From: Antedon mediterranea
Lineage: Eukaryota > Animalia > Echinodermata
Assembly (NCBI RefSeq): GCF_964355755.1
Contig: NC_092675.1
Span: 9,791,812-9,855,811, forward strand
Direction: 5' to 3'
Length of the DNA: 64,000 nt
Within the stretch, counting starts at the first letter, position 1. Each line of letters opens with the position of its first letter. This document shows, one piece after another, positions 11,967 through 24,492 of the stretch. The notes beneath the pieces were generated by a model. The model saw nothing but the letters and a program-made list of their open reading frames with translations. It did no database searches and was not told the DNA's origin. The position numbers and the translations under genes were made by a program.

Positions 11967-14436
11967 TAGTTTGGTGTCATTGTCATGTGTGGTCAGGTCG
12001 AAGACGATGCTGAGTTTATAATGTGGCATTGGCTGTAAACAATATATTTTATAGTGTGTAATGTTGGTGAGGATTTTGTAATGGAGATCTCTTGAATATT
12101 TTTTTGGCGAAAAATGTATTTTTTGTTTGAAATCAAGTATTGTTGTCAGATAAATCATGTATAATGCCACAAAAAGTAAGGATAACTATAAATATAACAA
12201 GGCATTTAGGCCTAATAACGATCCACACATAGGCCTACTTCAATTTAGATATAGGCCTAACTGTCCCTTTGAAAAAAGTTTTTTTTTTCGTTGAATAGGC
12301 CTATGCTATTTTAATGTTACATAATAGTATAGTTCTATTATATTAGGCTATAAGAAAACATATTTACCTAAAAAAAAAATCATGTAAACAATTGTCAAAT
12401 TAACTGGAAGTAAATTGGTTTAAAAAAATTTGGTTAAATTTAGGCCTATAATTGTTTACTTTGTCTTTTTATAAGTGAAATAATTGTTTTTTGACATTTT
12501 ATCTTTGGAAGTGAATAACTTCATTAAAACTTCAAAATGAGCTATTACAAGTTTGATCTTATAAACCTTTATTTTTAATGACTTTGGGGGACAATACATG
12601 TTTAAGCGCGTAGTTCGAAAATCATTTCTCATCATCAGTACAATTATAAATACGACTAAATGTGGCAATTCATGTTATTTTATACAGAGTATATTTTACT
12701 GTACACTTGAATTCAGTCAATTCTTAACATCTGGTAACAAATGGTACATAATTGCGGTATGAATAATAATAGCATTTAATGTAATAGGTCTAAGAGGCTG
12801 TTGTTGGCTCCAGGCCCATATAAGTCCTAATCCGAATGAATGCTCCTCATCCTATTCACTTCTTCCTTTTTTATGTTAACCGGGATTGAGTACATTCTTT
12901 ATGTTTTTGTATAATACAAAAATCTAAAACTATGTATAATTCGAAATGTGAGCATCGGTTGAGTATTTTAAATCCAGAATATAATTATTATTACTTTAGT
13001 CCTTACGAACTGTAAGAAAACATGTGTTGATACGCAATTCCCACTTGTTCGATTAGTTTCAGTCATTATGTTACCATTTTAACTGGCATTTTCCCTATTG
13101 ACCAAACTGCGCTATTCTCCCGGTGATTAAACATAATAATTAATCTAGAAAAGTGTAACCTCATCCGCTTCTTGGGTAGTATGTGCAGCCATGCGTGTGA
13201 TTTAGCACATAATAACCGTATTCTATTCACACGGAACCCATATGCAAATGTTGTCGCCATCATATTCCCACAAAACGTTTATTTATCTGATCTTGATTAC
13301 TTTAATTGGTAAAGATCTAATTGTTTTTTGTCACGCATCTGTGATTTTAAGCTTTCTACTTTTTTAATTTTTGTAAATCCAAAACATAGTTTAAATTTTA
13401 AAAAAAAGATCTTTGGTAAATAAAGGATAATCCTAATCTAACCTAAAACATTTTGACATTGTTCCTATTTCCGAAACTAAGTGAAACCACCAACGAGAAC
13501 TAAAAGAAGAAGAAAGAAGAGAAAGACAAAAACAATCAAAACAAACGTTGGAGAGAGAGATGACTTCAATAGATTTGAAAACTTCAATTCTTTCAATACC
13601 TTCGAAGAAGAGGAAATGAGCAATGGATTACATAAACTTTGTGGCAATAAAATGAAATATAAAACGCCTATTTTAAAGACACTTGAAACTATTTGTAACT
13701 ATTATCACTACTAGATGGTACGCTCGCTTACCATCTAGTTCGTGCCCACAGATGGTTCTCGAATACATAGTAATTTCAGCGTAAAAAAATGGCGACGTAC
13801 GGCAGGACTATAAAACATTGTCGTTAGTACAGAAACAAATATATAGACACAATGATTTATGTAGTCAACCAAAATTAGTACCCATTTTGTGTTTTGTATC
13901 TAATATTAGAGTTGAGGGTTGGGGATGAGGATATGTACAAAAAGGAACAATTTTTTAATATATTCTTTATATTAAATTATTCTTTATATTTCTTTATCAT
14001 CTACCCAGTAACGAAATTTTTTTTTTTATAGGCCTATAAATAATATACCACTAAATAGAGTAAACCATTTCCGATTTAATACTTTGTTAAAATTGTCACT
14101 GTCTCATAGTACATTTAAAGACCACTACTACGTTTATATTTTTGTAATTATTAATTAATACAAACGTTGAGAAGCAACTGTCAGTGATAAAGTATTATAT
14201 TAGGCCTAAAAAAAAAATTGTTTGTTTGCTCTCAATTTTTTTTTTTTGGTAGAGGGGGGGGGGAATTTTTATTTTTTTTTTTTATTTTTTATTTATTTTT
14301 TTTTTATTTCTCTGTTAATTGTACCCGAATTTGAGAGTAACAAAACACACTGAATAAAACAACGAGCTCAAACATCTATTCATAATTTGTTTCACACTTT
14401 AATTCTGTTTTGGGCGCGTTAGGCCCCGTGTCTAAG

Positions 14437-15943
14437 GTTCTAGGACACCTACCCCCTAGACAGTTACCCCCCGGGTGTTTACCACCCGGACAACTACCCC
14501 CTTAGGACAACTACCCCCTTAGGATAACAACCCCCCGGACAAATACCCCCCGGACAACCACCCCCTTAGGACAACTACCCCCTTAAGATAACTACCCCCT
14601 GGGTAACTATCCCCCGGTCAACTACCCCCCGGTCAACTACCCCCCGGTCAACTACCCCCCCCCCCCATCCAAAAGTAGACAAATATATAGGACCGGTTTC
14701 TGTAAAAATGAAATCATCTGTTTTTAACGGGTGTTTCGAAACTAGAGACCCGAGACCAGAGACCTGACACGAGACCCAATACGAAAAGGGAGACCTATAT
14801 TTGGGTCTCCCTTTCGTATAACTGGGTCTCCCTTTTCGTATATTTAGGTCTCCCTTTTCGTATATTAGGGTCTCCCTTTTCGTATAGTGGGGTCTCCCTT
14901 TTCGTATAGTAGGGTCTCCCTTTTCGTACGTGGGTCTCCCTTTTCGTATATTTAGGTCTCCCTTTTCGTATTGGGTCTCTGGTCTCTGGTCTGGGGTCTC
15001 TAGTTTCGAAACACCCGTTTTTAACCGATTATTCTGTTTAACAGCGCGCTAGACCCTAGATGCGCTAGATTTAAAGTACCGTATTTATTGAAAAAACGGC
15101 CTGGGCTGTTTATTGTTTAGGTGGTTTTTAGGTGGACATTTATTGGAAGAAAGTTGTTTATTCAATGGGAGGAGGTATAATATAATGGAAATAGACGCCG
15201 ATTATTCCATATGATGTTTCATGGGAGTGACATGGTCACCGTTTATTTGAGGGGAATTTATTTAAAGATCGACGTTTATTCGGTGAGTGAACATTGAGGT
15301 CAAATATCAAAAGTGATATTATTCTTCAAGTGTACAAAAATACATATATGACAAATTTGAGACAAAAATTAATTCTTTTAAGACCAGTGGTTATCGAAGC
15401 ATTGTCCTGACGCAAACATTATTATTATTATTAGCGAACCCAGTCTTTACAGTAAATACAGGGAGTACTATATAATACGTTCGACTATCCTATTATCATG
15501 TGTGACAATCTTCAGTTTATACCAGGCTATATTTATGTTCAATCTTTTACTTTTGTTTACAATAATGAATAGTAATTCGTCAAAGTAACGAATTAAAATA
15601 TAGTTATTAATTCCTATTATACACTGTTGCAGAGTCAGGTTGTTGAGTGGTCTGGGTGGTAAGGGTGTTCTAAAGGGATAGTTTTCTGGGTGGTAATTGT
15701 CCGGGGGGTAATTGTCCGGAGGGTAATTGTTCCTAGGGGGTAATTGTCCGGGGGGTAGTTGTCCAGGGGGTAGTTGTCCTAAGGGGGTTGTTGTCCTAAG
15801 GGGGTAGTTGTCCGGGGGGTATTTGTCCGGGGGGTAGTTATCCTAAAGGGGTAGTTGTCCTAAGGGGGTAGTGGTCCAGGTGGTGGTTGTCCGGGGGGTA
15901 GTTGTCCGGGGGGTAAATGTCCAGGGGGTGAATATCCGGATAC
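14437..15943. mobile_element. Foldback-type MITE with inverted arrays of short GC-rich repeats
   Basis: Left arm (14445-14665) is tandem ggacaactaccccc(c/tta). Right arm (15690-15935) is the reverse complement gggggtagttgtcc. No TSD resolved. Confidence 0.7.
14729..15016. mobile_element. Mutator/MULE-like MITE nested in the previous element
   Basis: Perfect 23-bp TIR GGGTGTTTCGAAACTAGAGACCC. 9-bp TSD gtttttaac at 14720-14728 and 15017-15025. Internal ~24-bp repeats gggtctcccttttcgtata. Confidence 0.88.
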
Positions 15944-16044
15944 GAACTGGAGAATATACTAGTCGAATACACTGTACACCATGTGGTTGTCAAGAAGGGC
16001 TCGCCCGTGCTGGGGGTACGACGGTCGTGCGTATAACTTTGAGT

Positions 16045-16304
16045 GGAGCTGTGGCTTGGTGGTTATGATGCTTGGCTACCAATCTAAGGGTCCTGGGTTC
16101 AAGTCCTGTCATATGTCAGGGTTTTTTTCTCATGACAATTTACAACTCCACTCCCAAAGACTTAATAATAAGTCTTTGTTTATGTAGAGCATCTTGTGTA
16201 TATGTTTGTCTTGTGAAATTATTAAATAGTTTATCCATCCTGTAATTGGCGGGTTACTCGCTGTTGGATGAGTATGAAATAAAATAAAATAAAATAAAAT
16301 AAAA
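16045..16304 (+). mobile_element. tRNA-derived SINE (family A)
   Basis: A box tggcttggtgg, B box gggttcaagtcc, (AAATA)n tail. Homologous to 6894-7094. Confidence 0.8.
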
Positions 16305-17219
16305 CTATAATACTATTCCAATCGTAAACGTTTACAAATTAAATTTTATCGGAGCGCCTAAAACAGCTCCATAATGAACAAATCTTTTCATCATATTTAG
16401 TACAAAATCATGCTAAAATGCCTTGAAAACTAGCAGGTTGCTATTACGCTAGTACACTGTAGCTAGGCTAGGCCTACGCAATAGTAATACTAATAGGCCT
16501 AGGCCTTACCTTAAAAAGCCCAGGCCTAGCCAACGAGGTGGCGATATCTGTGTGTTGAGGCATTTATGTTCGGTGTATAAGACGCACCCTTAATTTAGAG
16601 GTTAAATTAGCGTGTCAAAAGTGCGATTTTACACCGAAATATATACGCTACATTACAATACTATTTATGTTTATTCTCCAAGGGTCCATAAATTTACCTA
16701 CTTGTGTTAAACCATGGAGGTATGCAAGTATGGTTAAACCAAATAATTTGGAATGTTCCATTCATTGCAAATCAATACATTTGTATAAACGTATATTAAA
16801 TCTATCAAAATAAATCGGCCTGTCTTTAACATTATGATGCTGTACTCGAGCTGTTCAACCGGTTTTCAGCCATTAAAAAGAATTATCGTAGGAGGAGATA
16901 GGAAAATGCGAAGCATCCTCGTATTATTGTATGCGGGTATTTTTCACGATGGACACGCATTAGACAGTGTATACCACGATCGGAAAACACCCCTATTTGG
17001 GGCAAATCGTTGAACTTAAATTCGTTTTAATTGTCAATAACTAATTATCTAACTCAATTTAATTAGTAAACAGGGTTACATCAGGTGATTAAAATCAGTA
17101 CCGAAAGTATGAACTAACTTTATATACCATCGAGTAACTCACAGTTTACCGAATTTTGCCCTTACGTAAATGTATATATAGATAACTACTATTACTATCA
17201 GGTGTAGGCCTATTGGGTG

Positions 17220-17260
17220 TATAAAAGATATGTATACGCTTTACTTGCATAGTTCAGTCA
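17220..17260 (+). promoter_or_regulatory. Candidate opsin core promoter (TATA box plus Inr-like element)
   Basis: TATAAAA at 17220-17226 and TCAGTC at 17254-17259, followed by a possible donor (17302) and a polypyrimidine-AG acceptor (17416). It lies 1.6 kb upstream of the ATG. Motif evidence only. Confidence 0.3.
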
Positions 17261-18852
17261 CTGCTATTAGACGCCAGTACAATCTATAATGTTGATAAAC
17301 GGTAGGCCTAACAATCCAGATTTACTTCCATTGATATCCTGCAGCATATGATAAATAATTCAATTCACTAATTTTGAACTATAAGTTGTTTTGCCTGAGT
17401 CTCTCTCTTTTTCAGCTTGAAATAACTCCCATCAATTAGTTACGCAACTAGATATTCTTAAGGCTGAATTTCTGAAGTATTATCAATTATGAGTACGGTA
17501 CATATTTAAAACTTAGGTTATCAACAATATTGTCATAAGGTAACTAAAAATGATAAAAACTATCTTAATTATTGATTATTGTAGCGTTGACCAACAAGAG
17601 GATTGTACCACGCCCACTCAGTTCTAAAAAATATTTGTTTGAAATAAATCTCTCATCCCTAAAAAAAAGAAAGAATTCTCAAAAGCAAAATTTATCCATC
17701 AAATTGTTGTTTTTTTTTTCAAACTCTATAAATGATAAATGTTCTGGCAATCTACGGTATTTCTTTAGTTACATAAGCTACAATATTGATAGGATACGAT
17801 AATGTTGTAATTGTGAGCGTTCCATAGTTAATTAGGCCAACAGTATTTTTAATATAAAGGTCTTTGGGCTATTATGCGGCTATTTACAATTGAAGCTTTA
17901 CCTTATTTTTTTATTATTATTTTCACGCGTCTGCAAAGGGACTGATTAGGCCTGATTAATTAATATCATTCCAGAACACATGTGTTCAACATGTACGTGA
18001 GAAACGTTGGCTTCATGGCCGTTATGTTTTTTAGTTTGTACATTTTTAAGTTGAAAATTATTATCTGAGATTTGTTTTGCATCTGATATTATCTCGCTTG
18101 TGACCATCCTTTCATTATGCACGTTGCTTGATCTTACCTTCATTATAGTATAGGTTTTCGTTTCTTATAGGATTGTGACAAAAGGAATTTGATGATGATT
18201 TGATGTAATTTGATTCAATTATATCATTTTTATATTTTGTCATGGGTATATTTTATGTTATTAAAATATCTTACTTATTTTTTATTGGAGAGAACAGCGT
18301 TGTCCAACAAGAGAATTGTACCACTCCCTCTCAGTTTTTAAAATAATTTGAAATCTATAATGTTGTGGAAACCTATTTCTTTAGTTTATTATTATTAACG
18401 ATACATTTATTTATTTATTTATATTTATAGTAATATTTGTTGTGTTATGGTTCGCTAAGCTTTTGGTATTTTATGACATATTTTGTTCCAAATAAAATAT
18501 TACTGCATTCGAATTGATAATAACATTCGTGGTTGAATGATAAATGGTATTTATTGTAGAAGTTTATAAAAGAATATGTGATTGTACAGTATTCTATTAT
18601 TCACATTATTGAATAAACGCCATCGATAAGAAGTCACGTGATTATGGATATTGTTATCTTCTGCCGCACCGTCCGTACAATTGATTGTGCGATCAGCAAC
18701 CAACTTCATTTGGCATTTTATATTTCTGTTGTAAGTATACAAGGACTATCATCTGTTATTGGATGCTTGTATACGTAGACAGGGCTTATCAATAGTCTAC
18801 ATGTAGCTGCTCATGTCAGTCATTTGACGTTTTTCTGCAACATAGAAAACCA

Positions 18853-19031
18853 ATGATGGCAGGAATAACGCAGAGTTTTGATCTGACAACTATTTTGGAA
18901 AACGATGAATGCGAAGATGCGAAAACTGTAGAAGTGCCTCGGTATCTTGGTTACTTTTTGGCCGTATACCTTGTGATCGTTGGAACTATAGGCGGAATTG
19001 GGAATGTAATCGTCATAGTAGTGTTCACAAA
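18853..19031 (+). CDS. opn4: Rhabdomeric/melanopsin-type opsin, coding exon 1 (N-terminus and TM1)
   Basis: MMAG...YFLAVYLVIVGTIGGIGNVIVIVVFTK (TM1 with the conserved GN). Donor aa|gtgag at 19032, phase 2, joins exon 2 in frame. Confidence 0.85.
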
Positions 19032-19739
19032 GTGAGATTTTGGGTTTATTTTTTTGCATGAATGTACGGTAACAGTTAAATAGTGGCGAACATGTGGGTA
19101 CCAGTTGGTCTTGGTATAATATAGTATGACATGATAGGATAAAAAAGTGGGGGTGGGGGGAGGTGATATATGAAATCCATCATAACTGTCACGGGTGTTT
19201 ATTTGAGGAAAGGAATGAAGAAATGGATAGATCTAGAGAGTATAGGATTGTGACGTTACATTGTGTAAAACACTTTCTAAACACGGTAAATGATGATATA
19301 ATAGTATGAGATTATTAGACGAAAGTAAATGTGGAATGTCAAGTGGGTGAGGTAACGATGGTCAAGCAAGAGATGTGATTGAATTAGATGCGCATAAAAG
19401 GTGCAAATAATCAATACAATTGTTAAACCATAATTTTAAAACAGTTCACATTGTCTTACATTAAATGCATCTTTCCCATATTAAAGTTTCTCATGAATGA
19501 ATGGTTAAAGACTTTCTTTAACTACGCTCGTTTTAACTAAATCTAAAGTTTTAATATTCTTAATAATTTGTTTTTTTCTCTTTTGTGACGTTAACCACTA
19601 TTTATTCATTTCATCTTCAACAGATTAATACAATTATTTCTAATAATAATAATAATAATAATAACACTAATAATAATAATAATAACTATTTCATTGTTAT
19701 TCTCACCTTTGTTAGGTTTATATACATATCTTTATCGTT

Positions 19740-21165
19740 TCAAATTAATTAATTAAATTAACATTAGAATTAATGTTCTTTGCCTCTTGTGTTTTTATAT
19801 ATATATGTATTTTACATTATGTGATTTTATCAATGTTACTGTTCTTAGAATCAGAACATTAATATTTCTTTTCTGTTATCCACCTTGCATAATTTTCTAA
19901 TATTTACTTTTGTTCTATAATTCTCAACATCTAAAATTGTAAACACTTAACTAATAAATGTACTGTAGAAGATACATTTACTAATGTTATATTATTATTT
20001 TCGGTATGTATTTCTTTTTATATATATAATTCATTTATACCCTATATACAGACTATATACATCATTTTAAAATACGAATATAAAAAATAAACAACAATAT
20101 TAAAAATGCCTTTCTTACTCCTGTGTCTAGTTTTATGTGTGTTGCTTATTTTCCATTTTAACAGCCTTCTTTTGGTAGGTGTTATACAATGCAGTAGTTT
20201 GATGTTCAAGTGTTTAAGTTTATTATCTTTAATATCTTTAATTGTTCTTTTCCATGTTAGAGACCAATCGTTCTCTATGTTAACATATATTTTCCACTTT
20301 GTTTTACTTTTGGATGGTTCTAGACATTTTTCCTTAATAAAGAAAGAACATATTTGTTTTTGAGTGCTTTTGTTTTTTATCCCTTAAAAATATTTTCTCT
20401 TTCCAATCTTTTGGAATTGAATTTAATACAATTTGCCATTCTACAATCCAGTTTGATTTATACCTAAGCATATCAATTAATTCATTTGCGTTAATGAACC
20501 TATTCTCAATTACAATTTCATTAATATTTCGCACACCTGACCTTATCCAGTTTCTAAAAAATAATGACATGTCATTGTATAAAATCATTTTGTTATACCA
20601 GAGTTGTTGATGCAATATATCATCATAACATAATTGACGTTTAGTCATACCACTATTAAGTTTGACTAAAATACATAGTATAGATTTATAGAAATCGGGT
20701 ATGGCTTTAAAAATAGTAATTTTTTTATCAATATATGATATGTTTTCAATAATATCTTTTGGGCCTATTCTATTAAAGTATGTGTTTGGCAGACATTTCC
20801 ACTTTGAATCCTCATTGTTATACAATCTTTTAAGCCAAGATATTTTTAAAGATTTCACCTGTGACCTGAAATCTACTCTTTCAACCTTTTCTCTTTTTCC
20901 ATCCCACAAAAAGTCAAAAATTATGTTATCAACACGTTTTAGAACACTTTCAGGCGTGTCTATAATACTTGCAACATAAACAAGTTTTGACAGGCCAAGT
21001 GTTATTATTTTTTCAAAAATGGTCAGATTTCTTTTTCGCCACGATTTAAGGGTGTTTTGTAACGAATGGATTTGTTTCGGACCAATTTTTAGCAAAACAA
21101 AATTCTTTATAATTAATGGAAAATCGCTTGAACAAAAAATTAATTGCTGGGCTGACAAAAGTCGA
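19740..21165 (-). mobile_element. Tx1/L1-clade LINE relic (ORF2 C-terminal part) in opsin intron 1
   Basis: ORF 20334-21158 (LKSWRKRNLTIF, LSKLVY, IFDFLWDGKREK, FFRNWIRSG) is homologous to the C-terminal third of ORF 55805-58483. Boundaries approximate. Confidence 0.8.
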
Positions 21166-21622
21166 CAGTCTAGGAAAATTCATTTAGAATACATTATTTA
21201 CAGCATTAAGTTGTCATTATTAAAATGAAATGTGAGTTTATAAATGTAAATACATTTATAAATCGGCAAATTCAGCATTTAATTTGTATTAGTTTGTATC
21301 AAACGCACTTAACGTTGTATGTAGCTGATTATAGTCTATTATTAGCATCCTATGTCACATTAAACTCACTCAACTGTCAGTAATGTATTAAAATGTAATT
21401 ATAGCCATATCATAACTACCAGCTAAGAATCAAGGCTCCACAAAAATAAATTGAGAGAACAAAATAAAAATTCCACTAGTAAGTATTTAAATTAATTTTA
21501 GTACGACATTTGTCCATTTACGAAAGGGTGACCTTCTTTCTAAGAAATAAAGAGAGGCTTCTTTTCAAAACGACTGCTGTAAATGTTGTGAATTGCTACT
21601 ATCTGTATCTGGAATTAAATGT

Positions 21623-21995
21623 GAGTGAGTGTGGCCGAGCGGTTAAGACAGTGGAACCGTAATCCATAGCCATAACATCGGCAAGGGTTCGAGGTCTCAC
21701 TCGCTCCATGGTTCTGGTTATAGAACAAGTCTTCTCGGATAAGGACTATAAACCGAGGTCCAGTGTACATCTGGCTCATGTGCACTTTAAAGAACCTAGT
21801 ACATCTTTCGAGACGAGTAGGGGGTTACCCCGGTGTCACGTAATGGCGCCATAGTTGGCTGCCGATGACACGTTGGGACCCTTAGGGGAGAAGAATGTTG
21901 TTGAAAAGGTGTAACATTTTAGTTCACAGCGCCTTTGATCGCTATTGTTGCTGGAATTGGCGCTTTACAAATTCGTATATATATTATTATTATTA
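21623..21995 (+). mobile_element. tRNA-derived SINE with Deu/Nin-type core and L2-like tail
   Basis: A box tggccgagcgg, B box ggttcgagg, acceptor-like stem gagtgagtg/cactcgctc. Core cttctcggataaggactataaaccgaggtcc...ttaaagaacc...gagtagggggttaccccggtgtc resembles the DeuSINE/Nin domain (recalled, not searched). Tail agcgcc...ggcgctttacaaat(ATT)n. Confidence 0.85.
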
Positions 21996-22399
21996 AATCA
22001 CCTTTTTCCTTTGATATTCAAATCATCTCGCAATGAAGTCCATACTATCTTGAAAAGAAGCTCAGCTGGATGGATTTCGATATGGATTTCTTTTTGAGAT
22101 TACTTTTGAAAACCAAAGAAGGGAGCATCTTTTCGAGAGATGGGCTTCTTTTCGAAAAAAGTCCAGTGGGTTTCTTTTCGAGGTTTTACCGTATCTACTT
22201 GACCACAGCAAATATAAGCTATTATAGGAATATTTGATACTATCAATAATTCAAGTAATTAAATAGACACCTGCCTGTAACATGATAAACCTGCAATTTA
22301 GTAAAAACAAAGATGGATACAAATAATGCCAGTTTAAACATAATCGGTTGCTTAAATTTCCTGTTAAAGGAAGTGTTTATTTAAAGGTATTTTCTAGAA

Positions 22400-22491
22400 C
22401 TGTGGGAATGGTGTTCCCTGTATGATCACCACTAGTTGTAATTGTCTGTGGGAATGGTGTTCCCTGTATGATCACCACTAGTTGTAATTGT
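22400..22491. repeat. Perfect 46-bp tandem duplication
   Basis: ctgtgggaatggtgttccctgtatgatcaccactagttgtaattgt occurs twice, at 22400 and 22446. Confidence 0.9.
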
Positions 22492-22984
22492 TACAGTTTT
22501 AGATTACTGTAATCTTACTCTGATCATCCCTGCTAATTAACCAACCCACCATGGGTCTATTTAGTAAACATGTTCATTAAACCGCAATACATCTAGTGTG
22601 CTAAAATACATTCATCATCATAACAAACATTACTTTATAAAGATGATGAAAGTCCTCTTACATAAGTAAAATAGAGGAGTTTGCGCGAACGCAAAAAGAC
22701 TGGTTAAGAGAATTATAAACCAGTATTCAGTGTATTGAAAGGCCGATAACGATACGATAAAATATAGATAGATTTTCTTTCTTAGAGTTGTCATTCTAGA
22801 ACTATAGAATAAACATTTATGATGTTTTGGATAAAAATAACATTCTTAAAACTCCAATGAAATCACCGATCAATAAGAAGAATAAAATCATGACGTAATT
22901 TTATTGGACATGCGAAAATATTATATATATTTTCATCTGTTCAATTCATAAATTGGATATTTTATTTTTATATTGAACACTTTT

Positions 22985-23420
22985 TAATTCAATTCAATTT
23001 ATTGAGGATATTAGGCCTACAATACAATCAATACCACAAACATCACACATGCTAGACCCAGATAACTCCAACAGCAAACTAAAACGCTTTCGATGGGACG
23101 TCCCAGCCAGCAGTGGCACATCTTTACAAATTTAAAATAAATAAAATAGATTGGTTAAGACCAAACATTGTTTACTTGAAATCAGATATAAAACTCATAT
23201 AAGATCATAATAAATACACAGCTGAATTACATAAAATAAAATATAAGTAACACTTTAAAGTTTTCTTTCGTAAATTACTTGTTTAAGTTTAACAGAAATA
23301 AGTCTAACATCAAGTATGCATTATGTATTGGACACCTGATTCAGAGGAAATCTAATAAACGTACTGTTAAAGAAAGCATTGGGTCTAGATTTGTGATGTA
23401 TGCATTTTAGGTGATGATGA
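22985..23420 (-). mobile_element. Probable CR1-group LINE 3' relic
   Basis: Minus strand ends in AATAAA followed by (TTGAA)n near 22985-23005, preceded by decayed ORF2-like C-terminal sequence. Confidence 0.4.
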
Positions 23421-24492
23421 CTTTCCTAATTTCTTTATTTTTTTGTAAAAAAAATGCGTATTTATCTTTATCGTCGATCATCATCCATATACCTAACGTA
23501 TCTTGTTCACCTGTCTTCTTCATCTTCCATTTGGCAGGTCCATGATGTTCTGTATTATGAATACACTATTATTGTTTGTATATTTATTGATTTTAATTGA
23601 AATAATGTTTTCCTCCATATTATAGCCTACAGTCATACAGCTGGTCTATAAAAGAATAATTTTACATCTATGATGATGGTTCAAAGTATTGTATACTCAT
23701 GAACGTAAATTGATAAGTTAATGGTATATTCATGCATATTTGTCTCCATATTTCACCATATACACCATACACCCTATTGAAATATTAGAACAAAAAAAAT
23801 ATTGGATCATGTTTAAAAATAAATACTGTAGGTACATTTTAGATTATTAGATTTTTGATATTATTATTACTATTATTAGAATTATAAATATTTACCATTT
23901 ATTGACACGATTTGAGTCGATTTGTTTAATGTACCGGTAACTTGATAGCGAAGTTTAACTATATCAATTACTGTATCTCATTTGTCAAGTTCGTTTTCAT
24001 GGAAACACTTTTTTATTTATTTTCATTTTTATTTATTTATTTTCCTATCTTATATTATTGCCATTGTATTGCTACTGGGTATAATCATTAATATCATGTG
24101 TATTGTTATATCATCATCATCACAGCCTGAGATGATTAATTGTAAACATAAAACAGTATCAGCACAGAATTTAATTATGAAACCAGAGGACATTACACAT
24201 TTATGAGCCTGTTGACAAATTACGTATTTGTGTGAGAAAACTATAAAAAAAAGATTTCTACTATAGGCCTACTCGGAATACATTGCATAAAGTTATAATA
24301 TCACATGTACTAAAGAAAAAATATCAGATCAATAATTTCAGCAACCAATATTCTGCGCAGCAGCATTGTTATACAGAAAATATCAAGCAGCAACAATACG
24401 ATCTAACAAGGCCATATACATGGCTGCAGTCGCGTGCTAGTTAGTGTTTACTGACTAACCGACCGACCAACTGACCGACATAGTCAGCTGTA

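Noticed and set aside
13481-13714. Basic/acidic 77-aa ORF
   Set aside because: Non-ATG start, purine-rich low complexity, and no domain or splice context.
16045-16120. tRNA genes at 6894, 16045 and 21623
   Set aside because: A and B boxes are present but there is no clean cloverleaf, and each continues into a shared SINE body and tail.
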